Shown here: positions 1 to 10,152 of the stretch, in pieces | Layout: the number at the start of each line of letters is the position of its first letter | Numbering within the stretch: position 1 is the first letter of the stretch | Source of the DNA: Candidatus Enterousia sp. | GTDB taxonomy: Bacteria; Pseudomonadota; Alphaproteobacteria; Rs-D84 | Direction of reading: 5' to 3' | Length of the DNA: 64,000 bases | Assembly (NCBI GenBank): GCA_045606425.1 | Contig: JAZURV010000002.1 | Span: forward strand, 22,706-86,705 | Made by a program: the position numbers and the translations under genes | Notes under the pieces: model-generated | What the model was told of the DNA's origin: nothing | The model's database searches: none | The model's input: only the letters and a program-made list of their open reading frames with translations

Positions 1-926
1 TCTTTTAAATTAGGAGGACACAAAACCAATTTTTTACCATCACCAAGTATTTGCAACAGCATAGCAGTAATGTACGTTTTACCAAGACCAACCACATCAG
101 CTAAAAACACACCGTTATATTTCTCTAAAATTCTTTTTGCGTTCTTAACAGCGTCTTTTTGATAAGCAAGATCCATAAATCCAGCAGGTAATGTTATGTC
201 TACCGGTGTCAAGTCATCATCAATTTCTTCTTTGAAATATTCATACAAGAATTTCAGATATAATTCATATGGGGTTATATCTTTGTTTACAGGGGTTTTA
301 TGCACGATAGTATCTATGTATTCTTGTGTTACATCTATCCCTTCGTCCCACAATTTCTCAAAATGCTCTAAAGCAAAATCAACATCTGGTTTGTCTTTTA
401 ATTCAACATTAAATTCTCGCTGTGAAACTAGACCATTATCAGAAAAATTACTAGATCCTGTTACTACACGTCCAAAATCCAAAGAATTTTGTGGGTGCCT
501 CATGATGTATACTTTTGCATGAATATCGTGTGTAGGATATGCTCTTATTTCTATTTTACCTGTTTTTAGATAATCTACGAATGTATTTATCCCGTCTTCT
601 ATTTGTTTTGTATCATCAGCACGAGTAACATCTGCAATCGTTTGTTCTGAAATCCATTTCCTTGTGTCTTCACTATTTTGCATTTCAGAAAAATCTCTGG
701 CTTTTTGGACAGCATCAGCAATAGGTTTGTCGACATTTAACCCAACCAATATCCTTGTATGTTCGATATCTTTAAAAGCTTCTTGTAATCTATGAAATCC
801 AGAAGATCTAAAATAACCAACCAACATATCAAAATACTGTGTATTAGATAATATCTTTTTAAATCTATCATATAAGGTGGCTTCTGGTTCATTTGTAAAA
901 AACTTAGAATCAGTAAAATCAGACAT
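1..926 (-). CDS. PLD(HKD)-nuclease/SNF2-type helicase fusion, N-terminal part (runs off window start)
   Basis: Own translation from ATG at 926 (not in ORF track): MSDFTDSKFFTNEPEATLYDRF...LVGYFRSSGF...IHAKVYI...TGSSNFS (PLD motifs)...GVFLADVVGLGKT (SF2 Walker A). Confidence 0.85.
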   Translation of the reverse strand, partial: MSDFTDSKFFTNEPEATLYDRFKKILSNTQYFDMLVGYFRSSGFHRLQEAFKDIEHTRILVGLNVDKPIADAVQKARDFSEMQNSEDTRKWISEQTIADVTRADDTKQIEDGINTFVDYLKTGKIEIRAYPTHDIHAKVYIMRHPQNSLDFGRVVTGSSNFSDNGLVSQREFNVELKDKPDVDFALEHFEKLWDEGIDVTQEYIDTIVHKTPVNKDITPYELYLKFLYEYFKEEIDDDLTPVDITLPAGFMDLAYQKDAVKNAKRILEKYNGVFLADVVGLGKTYITAMLLQILGDGKKLVLCPPNLK

Positions 927-1029
927 TTTATAATCCTTGTAAATCTTTAAACTTGTATGTTTTGACTATGTCAAAAAATAAGACTAAAATCAACTTGTTT
1001 TTAGTCTAAATCACTTTTGTACGGTATTT

Positions 1030-3549
1030 TTATTTGTCTGAGTCTTTTTTATTACTAAACATAAAAATTTGTTTATGATTATCATCACATGATGGGCACT
1101 TATTATGCTTAACTTCTGAATTGATAACCCTTTGCCATTCTGCCCCACATTTATCGCACTTCCACCATACTTTCTTGCCACTACCTGGCAGAAATTGGTT
1201 TGGTTTTAAATCATCGTTTTTCTCATAATTCCATTTTTTTGCTATTTCTGGCAATACAGTTTCAAGATCATTTACGCCTATTTTAGGGACTCTGCCACAG
1301 CAACACGGACAACCTATACCACGTTTCCGAAGATTTGGACTGGCTTTCCATTCGTGACCACATTTTGAACATTTCCACCATGCTGGTTTAAATCTACCGG
1401 AAGTTATGTCATATGGTGTTAAATCACCATTTTTGGTTGGATGCCATTCTTTAGCCAATTCTGGCATAGTCTCTGCCAAAGAGCCAACTCTTGCCACAAC
1501 ACCTTTGGTAAAACTTCGCCCTCTGTGTTTTAACGAACATATTGCACAACCAAATCTACCTTCTCTCGTCATGCTGTTGATATTACTTTGCCGCTCATGA
1601 CCACAATCTGGACATTTCCACCAAACCCGTTCATTGGAACTAACTGTAAACATATCTGGGGTTAAATCACCGTTTCTTTCATAATTCCATTTTGCAGCTA
1701 CATCTGGACGTAAATCCGATAAAGAATTTTCAATTTTAGAAAGATAATTTAATATTTCTAGTTTGTCCCTTTCTAAATTTACATCTATGCCATGATGAAA
1801 AAGCTTAAAAGGTTTATATTTAAACACACTGTCTGCACCTTGAGAAGAAGTCGAAATTTGCCAATCTTCTATAAGAAGATCTATTGATGCCGTTATTGAA
1901 TTTAATACATAATTTATAATTTTTTCTAATTCGGCCAAATTATTACGTTTAACTGGTTTTATATAATAAACTTCGTCATATGTATCAGCCCATTTTACAC
2001 CGTTTTTTTCCTTTATTCGTATCAGGTGTATCTGATGCTCTTTACAAAATTTATATTTTTTTATTTCTCTTTTATGTTCATCTTCTGTTTTATGCCAGTT
2101 ACCACCATCGTATTCTATAGCTACTTTTAATTCTGGAATATAAACATCGAATTCCATTGTATTCTTGAAAATCTCTTTGTATTTGTTTATCGCATCAGGA
2201 TAAAGCTTTTTTATATAATACAAGATTGCTTGTTCGGGAAAAGACGATGCTTTTCTTTTGTTACATATCGGACACCCAGTTTGACCAATGCCCCTATCAC
2301 GTATAACAGCCTTATATTCATGACCAACAGGGCATTTCCACCAAACACGTTTACCACTGCCATACGTTACATCCGATGGTTTTAAATCTCCATTTTTGGT
2401 TGGGTGCCATTCTTTGGCCAATTCTGGATATTTTGTTTCAAAATCATTAAGTCCTTGCCATGCTTTATGATTGGAACAATATGGACACCCTTGTTTCCTT
2501 GTTGTTCGTTTGTCTATAGCCTGCTCGTAATCATGTCCTTGTGAACAAAGCCACCATACTATCTGTTTGCTTTTAGACAACACATCAGCTGGTTTTAAAT
2601 CGCCATTTTTGGTCGGGTGCCATTCTTTTGCTATCTCTGGATATTTTGTTGCTAAGTCATTAAATTTTGCTAACACCCTGTGACTAGAGCAAATTGGACA
2701 GCCTGCTCCTCTCAAGGTTTTAGGGTTTACAGCTTGTTTATACTCGTGTCCTTTTGCACAAACCCACCACACTTTATCCTTGGATATATATTTTATATTT
2801 TCTGGTTTTAAATCACCATTTTTAGTTTGGTGCCATTCTTTTGCTATTTTTGGATATTTTGTTGCCAAATCGTTAATTCCACTAACAAGTTTTCTATTAG
2901 CACATGCAGGACAGCCATTATGATCTCGGGTTCCATCAGAAACTCTGGCTTGCCATTCGTGGTTACACTTTACGCACCTCCACCAAAATTTTTTATTGCT
3001 CCCCCAGGTTATATCAGTTGGAACAACATCACAATTTCTTGCATAATTCCATTCTTTCGCAACATCTGGATATCGTGATTCTAAATCATTAACACCTTGT
3101 ACAACACGCTGTCCTGAACAAATCGGGCAAGACAAAGGATGTAAAACTCTGGCAACAACAGATTGCTCGTATTCATGTCCTTTTGGACAAACCCACCACA
3201 CTTTAACTTTACTATGCGGCAATACAGAATCTGGACTAATGTCTCCGTTTTTGGTTGGGTGCCACTGATCCAACATTTCAGGTCTTTTAGTTGCTAAATC
3301 ATTATAGCCTTTTAAAACTTTTTGCCCCGCACAATATGGGCAACCTGTATGATCATGACCTGTTCTACCACAAATAGTTGTGTACCATTTTCCACCGCAC
3401 TTACTACATTTCCACCAAGCTTTCTTATTTGATCCTGGCGTTAATGTTTTTGGATCTAAATCAGCATTAGTATCCCGGTCCCATTCGGACATAAGTTCTT
3501 TATTATCAATGATGTAAGATTTTGGTTTCATATGTTGATTATACGGCAT
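1030..3549 (-). CDS. Zinc-ribbon repeat protein (DUF4379-like, 9 repeats) with central Vsr/DUF559-like nuclease domain
   Basis: Repeats NDLATKYPEIAKEWHPTKNG...WWxC..GH...GCPxC (6 before and 3 after a central domain). Central domain SFPEQ...FDVYIPELKVAIEYDGGNWH...LIRIKE. Confidence 0.8.
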   Translation of the reverse strand: MPYNQHMKPKSYIIDNKELMSEWDRDTNADLDPKTLTPGSNKKAWWKCSKCGGKWYTTICGRTGHDHTGCPYCAGQKVLKGYNDLATKRPEMLDQWHPTKNGDISPDSVLPHSKVKVWWVCPKGHEYEQSVVARVLHPLSCPICSGQRVVQGVNDLESRYPDVAKEWNYARNCDVVPTDITWGSNKKFWWRCVKCNHEWQARVSDGTRDHNGCPACANRKLVSGINDLATKYPKIAKEWHQTKNGDLKPENIKYISKDKVWWVCAKGHEYKQAVNPKTLRGAGCPICSSHRVLAKFNDLATKYPEIAKEWHPTKNGDLKPADVLSKSKQIVWWLCSQGHDYEQAIDKRTTRKQGCPYCSNHKAWQGLNDFETKYPELAKEWHPTKNGDLKPSDVTYGSGKRVWWKCPVGHEYKAVIRDRGIGQTGCPICNKRKASSFPEQAILYYIKKLYPDAINKYKEIFKNTMEFDVYIPELKVAIEYDGGNWHKTEDEHKREIKKYKFCKEHQIHLIRIKEKNGVKWADTYDEVYYIKPVKRNNLAELEKIINYVLNSITASIDLLIEDWQISTSSQGADSVFKYKPFKLFHHGIDVNLERDKLEILNYLSKIENSLSDLRPDVAAKWNYERNGDLTPDMFTVSSNERVWWKCPDCGHERQSNINSMTREGRFGCAICSLKHRGRSFTKGVVARVGSLAETMPELAKEWHPTKNGDLTPYDITSGRFKPAWWKCSKCGHEWKASPNLRKRGIGCPCCCGRVPKIGVNDLETVLPEIAKKWNYEKNDDLKPNQFLPGSGKKVWWKCDKCGAEWQRVINSEVKHNKCPSCDDNHKQIFMFSNKKDSDK

Positions 3550-3654
3550 TTATTGAAATAATCAATTAAAGACTATCTGTGATATAATTGTGTAAAAACC
3601 TTGAATATTGAGCGTTATTTAGTATTATATCCCTGATATAAAAGGACGAACATT

Positions 3655-4569
3655 ATGTTACTTGCACCAGAAATTTCAGATACAGCATGTGTAAATTTAA
3701 ACGATGCAATAGTATGGATTGCATTCGGAATCTTCCCCAGCAATTATTTTGAACCATTCGATAAGGGCACAGAAAAATGGCTGGATGTAATAGATTTTGA
3801 TAAATGGATCTTTAACAACAATATGTACGACAGGACCGTGTATACATCAGAAATATGTAAAAAATATAATCTGCCGAAAAACATCGTACTTGACCACATA
3901 GAAAAACACAAAGAAGAGCCGTATTTCCCAGAAGTTGTTCATTTTCAGTTAAAAAACGACAATATCGATAAAAAAGAACGCAAGAAGCTAAAAGCAGAAT
4001 TGACGGAATCTACAGAGTATTATAACCAAAAAGCCGAATTTGATAACGCGTTGAACGAACTATTTGAAGAGACATACCCAAAATTATACTCTGCCATAAA
4101 CGCTGGAAAGATACGTATTTATGGCATGAAATTTACAGAAGATACTGAGGACAAACACATTTCTCAAATTTCCCGTCAAGACTTACAATTTAAATTGTTT
4201 GACTTTAAAAATCTAACACTAAAAATCAAAAGCACAGGCGAAAACTACGGTTTTCTAATGGTTAACCTTAAAGATTTATTAACAGAATTTGAACCACAAG
4301 AAATAACAAGCGCAAAAGTTCTAAACATTGGAGGCGAATATGTGGTTTCAAAAGACAATCGTTTCTCATACAGTGGTCGCAATTCTAGTCTGGCGTCCGA
4401 ACAGATAGCATTATTGGGTATGTACGTATGCGAACTTCTCACAAAAGAACCCAAGAAACCAAACAAATATTATATTTTTTCATCTATTACATGGGCGGAA
4501 CAAAAATTTCACAAAAAAATTTCTGAAACCTCTATGCGATCGTACCTCAGGCTGTGCTTAAAAAAATAA
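3655..4569 (+). CDS. Hypothetical protein upstream of xis
   Basis: 304-aa ORF with AAGGA RBS; no recognised family. Confidence 0.6.
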   Translation: MLLAPEISDTACVNLNDAIVWIAFGIFPSNYFEPFDKGTEKWLDVIDFDKWIFNNNMYDRTVYTSEICKKYNLPKNIVLDHIEKHKEEPYFPEVVHFQLKNDNIDKKERKKLKAELTESTEYYNQKAEFDNALNELFEETYPKLYSAINAGKIRIYGMKFTEDTEDKHISQISRQDLQFKLFDFKNLTLKIKSTGENYGFLMVNLKDLLTEFEPQEITSAKVLNIGGEYVVSKDNRFSYSGRNSSLASEQIALLGMYVCELLTKEPKKPNKYYIFSSITWAEQKFHKKISETSMRSYLRLCLKK

Positions 4570-4674
4570 CGCGAAAAAACTTTTTATAAATTTTTATCGC
4601 GTTGTATTTTGTAGATAATTGTCTATAAATCAACAATATTAAATCCGAACAAAACTTAACCGAAAGGATTTAAT

Positions 4675-4872
4675 ATGTTTTCAAACACAAAAATTTTAAT
4701 GACACAAAAAGAAGCCGCAGAATATTTAGGAACGACTGTCGGTACCCTTAACACTTGGCGACATTATGGTAAAGACAAAATCCCTTTTGTGCGTTGGGGT
4801 AATCGTATTCGTTACCGGAAAGAAGATATTGACCAATGGATAGAAAATAATATCGGCACACCAAATACCTAA
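4675..4872 (+). CDS. Excisionase/AlpA-like HTH_17 DNA-binding protein
   Basis: LMTQKEAAEYLGTTVGTLNTWR...IPFVRWGNRIRYRKEDIDQWI. Confidence 0.85.
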   Translation: MFSNTKILMTQKEAAEYLGTTVGTLNTWRHYGKDKIPFVRWGNRIRYRKEDIDQWIENNIGTPNT

Positions 4873-4883
4873 GGTGACAAATA

Positions 4884-5288
4884 ATGCGAAAAACTGGTTG
4901 GCAAGCCCGTTATGGACGAGAAAGCAAAAAAGGCGGTTTCTGCATATTTAGACATGATTTTATAGATTCTCTCGCTTTTAAATCCATGTCTGCTAGTTCA
5001 CTTCAGGTTTACATCTTGCTAAAACGTTGTTTTAATGGCTCTAACAATGGAGAGATTCACTTATCCTGTCGAGAAATAAGTAAAAAAGCCAATATATCAA
5101 AAAATACCGCCGTAAAAGCTTTTCGCGAGCTACAAGCAAAAGGCATTATCACTCAGAAACGAGAAGGTAATTTCATTGATCATATGGCCGCAATATGGAA
5201 ACTGAACACAGATAAAAATAACGGAGAAAATCGTCCATCAGACGAATGGAAAAATTGGAAACCAGGTATGGATCTTACACAAACATAA
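4884..5288 (+). CDS. HTH replication-initiator-like protein
   Basis: LSCREISKKANISKNTAVKAFRELQAKGII HTH; followed directly by direct repeats. Confidence 0.6.
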   Translation: MRKTGWQARYGRESKKGGFCIFRHDFIDSLAFKSMSASSLQVYILLKRCFNGSNNGEIHLSCREISKKANISKNTAVKAFRELQAKGIITQKREGNFIDHMAAIWKLNTDKNNGENRPSDEWKNWKPGMDLTQT

Positions 5289-5418
5289 CGTACCAAAAGA
5301 GTGATACTACGTACCAAAAAATGCGACAAAGAGACACCAATTTAAATATATTACGTCACAAATATTGGTACCAAAGGCACAAAAAATTAAGAACACAACG
5401 TACCAAAAACAGGGACAC
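5288..5418. repeat. Iteron-like direct repeats (ACGTACCAAAA), putative origin
   Basis: ACGTACCAAAA at 5288, 5309 and 5398; degenerate copies at about 5353 and 5368. Confidence 0.55.
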
Positions 5419-5466
5419 ATATACATTATACCATATCATAGACACGCAAAAACAAAGGGGGTTAAA

Positions 5467-5871
5467 ATGGCAAATGAAGCTAATTTAAAACATATTCAAA
5501 GCACGAACGAAGCAAGAGCGCTTGGACGAATTGGAGGTATTGCAAGTGGCTATAGTCGTAGAGAAAAGAAGTTGTTAAAACAAGTTGCACTAGAAATTCT
5601 TCAAAAAAGACTTCCAAACGGAAGAACCGTTCAAGAAAACTTGTTAAACCAGTTAGTCACAATAAGTCTTGATCCAAAAGTCAAAACAACAGACTTAATT
5701 AAAACTATTGAGACACTACGAAAAATCTCTGGACAAGTAAACAAAGATGGCGAACCTTTAGAGCCTGTTGTAAAAACGGTTTTTGTAACTCCAGCAAAGA
5801 TAAAAGCTATAGATGATCATATCGCATCAGTAGTAGGCGAAGAATACGTAAAAAGATCTACATATTATTAA
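5467..5871 (+). CDS. Terminase small subunit-like protein (KGG-type N-terminus)
   Basis: MANEANLKHIQSTNEARALGRIGGIASGYSRREKK resembles the N-termini of phage TerS-like proteins. Start reassigned to ATG 5467 after an AAGGGG RBS. Confidence 0.55.
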   Translation: MANEANLKHIQSTNEARALGRIGGIASGYSRREKKLLKQVALEILQKRLPNGRTVQENLLNQLVTISLDPKVKTTDLIKTIETLRKISGQVNKDGEPLEPVVKTVFVTPAKIKAIDDHIASVVGEEYVKRSTYY

Positions 5872-6424
5872 CTTTCAATAAATTTTTAAATCCTTTTACA
5901 TATTCGGACGGTATTGTTATCATGGCTTCTCCACGTTTACCATATAACTTCATAGTAATACCAGATTCAATATGGGCGTTTATATACTGTTTATCCAGAC
6001 CTATTGAAATATATTCATAAGTACTGCAAGAATAACTAGAACATGCCCCAACATCAGAATCAACCTTTGTTACAGTAAATTCTTTACCTTTGTTATCCAA
6101 CACTTTATATGGATAGAACCAATCTAATGTGTTCACTCTACCATTCAATTCAATTGATGTTCTATTTGATGATTTATTATGAACGACATACAGATGCATT
6201 GATGTGCGCGGTGCCGGACAATTTGAAGATATAGAAATAGAAGATGTACAATTTCTACCAGTCTTGTCAGTACTTATATCCTTCATAGAACATTTAATTT
6301 GATTACTAAAAGTATCGGTTGTGCATGTTGCGCTCTCTTGCGCAACCGTAGCATCAAAATAATGTTTATTTCCAGCGCATCCGACCAATGTAATTCCAAT
6401 AAACACAATATAATACAGTTTCAT
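5858..6424 (-). CDS. Lipoprotein, hypothetical
   Basis: Start reassigned to MKLYYIVFIGITLVGC (lipobox); Cys-rich. Confidence 0.65.
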   Translation of the reverse strand: MKLYYIVFIGITLVGCAGNKHYFDATVAQESATCTTDTFSNQIKCSMKDISTDKTGRNCTSSISISSNCPAPRTSMHLYVVHNKSSNRTSIELNGRVNTLDWFYPYKVLDNKGKEFTVTKVDSDVGACSSYSCSTYEYISIGLDKQYINAHIESGITMKLYGKRGEAMITIPSEYVKGFKNLLKVNNM

Positions 6425-6443
6425 TTTAATCACCCCATACACA

Positions 6444-6625
6444 TTTAAAAACCGCCACAAAAATATGGCGGTCGGGGAGTTGGCGTCAGCAAACAAATGC
6501 TCCGTCCCTTGCGGTAAACGGCTCCCCAACCATAAGTTAGGGATGATAACGATGCAAAAAGCACCGAAAACATCAGATTACGATGCTTTCGCACCGTGTT
6601 TGCGGGCCACCACAGCCCCGAACCC
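6444..6625 (-). ncRNA. C4-antisense-like structured leader (copy C)
   Basis: Minus strand: TATGGTTGGGGAG...CCGCAAGG...TGTTTGC...GCCAACTCCCCGACCGCCATA stem; upstream GCAAACA is complementary to TGTTTGC. Confidence 0.5.
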
Positions 6626-6782
6626 ATATCCCTATGGATTCATAGCTAATATTATCATATAAATGCAAAAAAGCAAAGACGTTCATCAAAAAAATGTTGC
6701 TTTCAATAGCCACAGCGTAAAAAACAAAATATACTTTACAAAAAGATTATTACACTTGTATAATAATGGCATAAATTAGTGG

Positions 6783-8915
6783 GTGATATTAATGGAAGAT
6801 TTGAAAAACACATACGAAAGTTATTTGAAAGATGCTGGGGGTATATATTTTCCAGGAATCCTTGATGACGAAAGAAAATCAGATAATTTTTTAACCCCTA
6901 TTTTCGAAAATATTACTAATGCACTTGAGGCTATCAAATTAAAATATACCGACAGAAATTATCATCCTGATGATTCTGTGCAAATTTATTTATACTACAA
7001 ATCCATTGAAAATGATATCACATTAGATCATATAAAAATACAAGATAGTGGCATCGGTTTTAACAAAAAACAATTTTTCAGTTTCACTACCTATAAATAT
7101 AATCAAAAAGGATTTAACAATAAAGGGTGCGGGCGCTTTCAATCGTTGTTATTTTTTAAAAACTGTCTATACCAAAGCGTTTTCAAAGATGATGATACCA
7201 CATATTGCATAACCTTTGATTTTTCAAAGAAATACCCAGATACAAAAGGAATACAGATTCGTTCTTTAGAAATCACAGATTCTGTTTCAACAGGAACATC
7301 TGTCTCTTTGTTTCCAGAAGACAGTGATTTAGAGTATAATGCTCTCAACGCTAAAAATTTAAAAGAAGAAATTATCAAAAAATATGCTTTGGAATTTATG
7401 TTACATACAGAAGGCATACCGAAAATAGAAATTTTTTATTATAAAGATTCTGAGTTACAGGATACACAAACAATAGAAAAAGATGTAGATTTTCCAACAG
7501 AAATGCACAAAGACACCTTTGTTATACACTATAAGAAAATTGATGCTAATGGAGAAATAGCCGACACAGATGAAAGTGCCGAATTTCGTATAGATATTAT
7601 TCCGTTCCCAGCAGATCATATCAACTTTAATGAGATATACATTTGCTCCAAGAATGAAGCGGTCCAGTCAATTGAGTTTAACGCGTTTGCTAAAGATGAT
7701 TCTTTAGACGGCAAACGCTTTCTTTGTTTCGTTTCGAGTACTATTTTTGACCAAAGCTCAAATATAGACACAACAAGAAGAGAAATAAGAAACGTTTTAA
7801 AAACAGAAGAACAGCTTTTGAAAACAACCCCAAATAATCAGTTGTCTTTGTTTAATCATGGGGTTATCTTACAGGAAGACATTGAAAATGCTGTCGCTGA
7901 TATTTTTTACAGAAACTACCCATTAGCAAAAGAAAAAGAACTGACTAAACGGAAAAAAATCAACTTTTTAACTGATTTATTTGGGTTGGAAGATAATTCT
8001 AGATTAAGTATAAAAACTTCTGACTCAAGTAAGGATATATTAGAAAAATATTATCGTAGTGAAGCTTTAAAACAAGCTAATATAGATGCAGAATTTTCTG
8101 AAATTTATAGTAAAATTATCACTCTTGATACAAACAGCTCAAACTATAATGAGATGTTTTCAAATTTAAACGAGGAATTATCCTCTAAAATCCCTCTAAG
8201 AAACAAAAACGCCCTATCTAAGTACATGACCGGCAGAAAAATTGTATTGGATTTATTTGAATTAACTTTACAAAAACGGTTATCTACACAAACACAAGCG
8301 GGGCGCAAAGAAGAAGAAAAACGACTACATAATTTATTATTTGAACAACATTCTGACAATCCGTATTCTAGCAATCTATGGTTGCTGAATGAGGAATTTA
8401 TCTATTTTCGTGGATGTTCAGAATTTCAATTAAAACAAATCAAGGACGAAAATGGAAATCTGTTATTTGATTTTAGCAAGATGAGCGAAGCTGATAAAGC
8501 ATTATTGGACAGTAGAGATGAAAAACGCCCAGATATAATTTTATTTCCAAAAGAAGGAAAATGTATAATTATTGAATTAAAGGCTCCCGAAGTTCGTATA
8601 AATCAATATATTGATCAAGCAGAGGGTTACGCCAGGATCATCGCAAGTTGTGTTTCTCCAAACAATAAGATAGATATGTTTTATACTTATTTTATTGTGG
8701 ACAAGCAAAATCTTTTTGATATTCCGAGTGAATATGAAGAAATTTATAATATGAAAGATGCTTATTTTTTGCCTTCAAAAAAAATAAAAGCTGTTATAAA
8801 TGGAGAAAGAAAAGATGTTGCGTATATGTATAGTGAAATACTAAGTTATCAGGATATATACGATAGAGCAAAACTAAGAAACAAAATATTCGTAGATATT
8901 CTCTCCAAAAAGTAA
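6783..8915 (+). CDS. GHKL (HATPase/MORC-like) ATPase fused to C-terminal PD-(D/E)xK nuclease, putative defence protein
   Basis: ENITNALEA, IQDSGIGF and KGCGRF GHKL motifs; RPDIILF...IIELKAP nuclease motif. Confidence 0.75.
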   Translation: MILMEDLKNTYESYLKDAGGIYFPGILDDERKSDNFLTPIFENITNALEAIKLKYTDRNYHPDDSVQIYLYYKSIENDITLDHIKIQDSGIGFNKKQFFSFTTYKYNQKGFNNKGCGRFQSLLFFKNCLYQSVFKDDDTTYCITFDFSKKYPDTKGIQIRSLEITDSVSTGTSVSLFPEDSDLEYNALNAKNLKEEIIKKYALEFMLHTEGIPKIEIFYYKDSELQDTQTIEKDVDFPTEMHKDTFVIHYKKIDANGEIADTDESAEFRIDIIPFPADHINFNEIYICSKNEAVQSIEFNAFAKDDSLDGKRFLCFVSSTIFDQSSNIDTTRREIRNVLKTEEQLLKTTPNNQLSLFNHGVILQEDIENAVADIFYRNYPLAKEKELTKRKKINFLTDLFGLEDNSRLSIKTSDSSKDILEKYYRSEALKQANIDAEFSEIYSKIITLDTNSSNYNEMFSNLNEELSSKIPLRNKNALSKYMTGRKIVLDLFELTLQKRLSTQTQAGRKEEEKRLHNLLFEQHSDNPYSSNLWLLNEEFIYFRGCSEFQLKQIKDENGNLLFDFSKMSEADKALLDSRDEKRPDIILFPKEGKCIIIELKAPEVRINQYIDQAEGYARIIASCVSPNNKIDMFYTYFIVDKQNLFDIPSEYEEIYNMKDAYFLPSKKIKAVINGERKDVAYMYSEILSYQDIYDRAKLRNKIFVDILSKK

Positions 8916-8958
8916 TCATGCTCGGATCTTCTGATTTTAATAATCCATATCACTTTTA

Positions 8959-10152
8959 TTAATATCCTTCCACAAATTCCAACATTTTATCTGCGCCACG
9001 TTGGATAGAATCACGGATCGGATCCATGGTTAGACGAGAATGGACTTGGGTGGCAATACTTGTTTTATCACCAAGTGCTTTGCCAATTATATGCAAACTA
9101 GCGCCAGTTATTGCTTGATAACTACCAAATGTACGTCGCAGGTCATGCACTCTTAAATCTTCTATACCTGCCCGTTTTAATAATGCATACCATGGACGAT
9201 GCAAATCCTCTAGATGCCCACTTTTACTACCTTCACTCGGAAAAACCCAATCATTTATCGCATACTTTCGCATTTCTGTCAGTATGTCTTTTGCCTGAAT
9301 TATCAATGGTATTTTTTGCGGGTCGCCGTTTTTAGAATCTGGGAACAAAACATATCCAAGATCTAAATCCACATTTGACCAGCGCATCGACAACATATTT
9401 TGACGACGTTGACCAATATAAAGTGACAACAAAACATAGTTTTTAAATACTTCGTTTGGTTCTTCGTTAAGTGCTGCAAAGAAACGTTTAATTTCATCTG
9501 GCAACAAGAAACGTTCACGAGACCTTTCACGAAACATCTTGATTCCAACAGCTGGATTACCGTGCCGGGACGGGTATCCCCACTCTATTGCTTTGTTATA
9601 CATATGCTTTACCAGTGCAAGCGTACGATTAGCAGTATAAAGACTTATTCTATCACGCAAAGTTACATGCATACGTTCCAGATCAGCTCTGGTTATACTT
9701 ATCATTTTGCGATTATGAAATTCACCAAGGTAATTACGAAACATTGTATCGGCTTTTGCTTGGCTTTTTGGACGGGTATATACCTTAACATGCCGTGGGA
9801 AATATTGGGTGTTAAAGAATTGTTTTAATGTCATATCCCGCAACGCCTCATTACGTTCTTGCGCTGGGTCATTACCCTTATCTGCTTCCGTTCGCAATTC
9901 GCGCGCTTTCATTCTGGCTTCAACCAATTTAGTCACACCAACACGACCAATCTTTACACGTTTTGGCACACCCAATACCTTGGCATAGAAGTAATATGTT
10001 TTTGTTCCACCATATGTGGCAATCAAACACAAACCTGCCTGTCCAGTGTCATAATAAGTAACAGGACGTTTATCGGCAGGCGTTGGCAAATTCGCCAACC
10101 CTTTTTCTGTGAAATTTATGTGATTATTTAGCATGCTTTTACTCCTGTTCAT
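8959..10152 (-). CDS. Tyrosine integrase (P4-like, with arm-binding domain)
   Basis: N-terminal arm-binding-like YDTGQAGLCL...KIGR; catalytic GQRR, HDLRRT and LGD... Confidence 0.9.
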   Translation of the reverse strand: MNRSKSMLNNHINFTEKGLANLPTPADKRPVTYYDTGQAGLCLIATYGGTKTYYFYAKVLGVPKRVKIGRVGVTKLVEARMKARELRTEADKGNDPAQERNEALRDMTLKQFFNTQYFPRHVKVYTRPKSQAKADTMFRNYLGEFHNRKMISITRADLERMHVTLRDRISLYTANRTLALVKHMYNKAIEWGYPSRHGNPAVGIKMFRERSRERFLLPDEIKRFFAALNEEPNEVFKNYVLLSLYIGQRRQNMLSMRWSNVDLDLGYVLFPDSKNGDPQKIPLIIQAKDILTEMRKYAINDWVFPSEGSKSGHLEDLHRPWYALLKRAGIEDLRVHDLRRTFGSYQAITGASLHIIGKALGDKTSIATQVHSRLTMDPIRDSIQRGADKMLEFVEGY

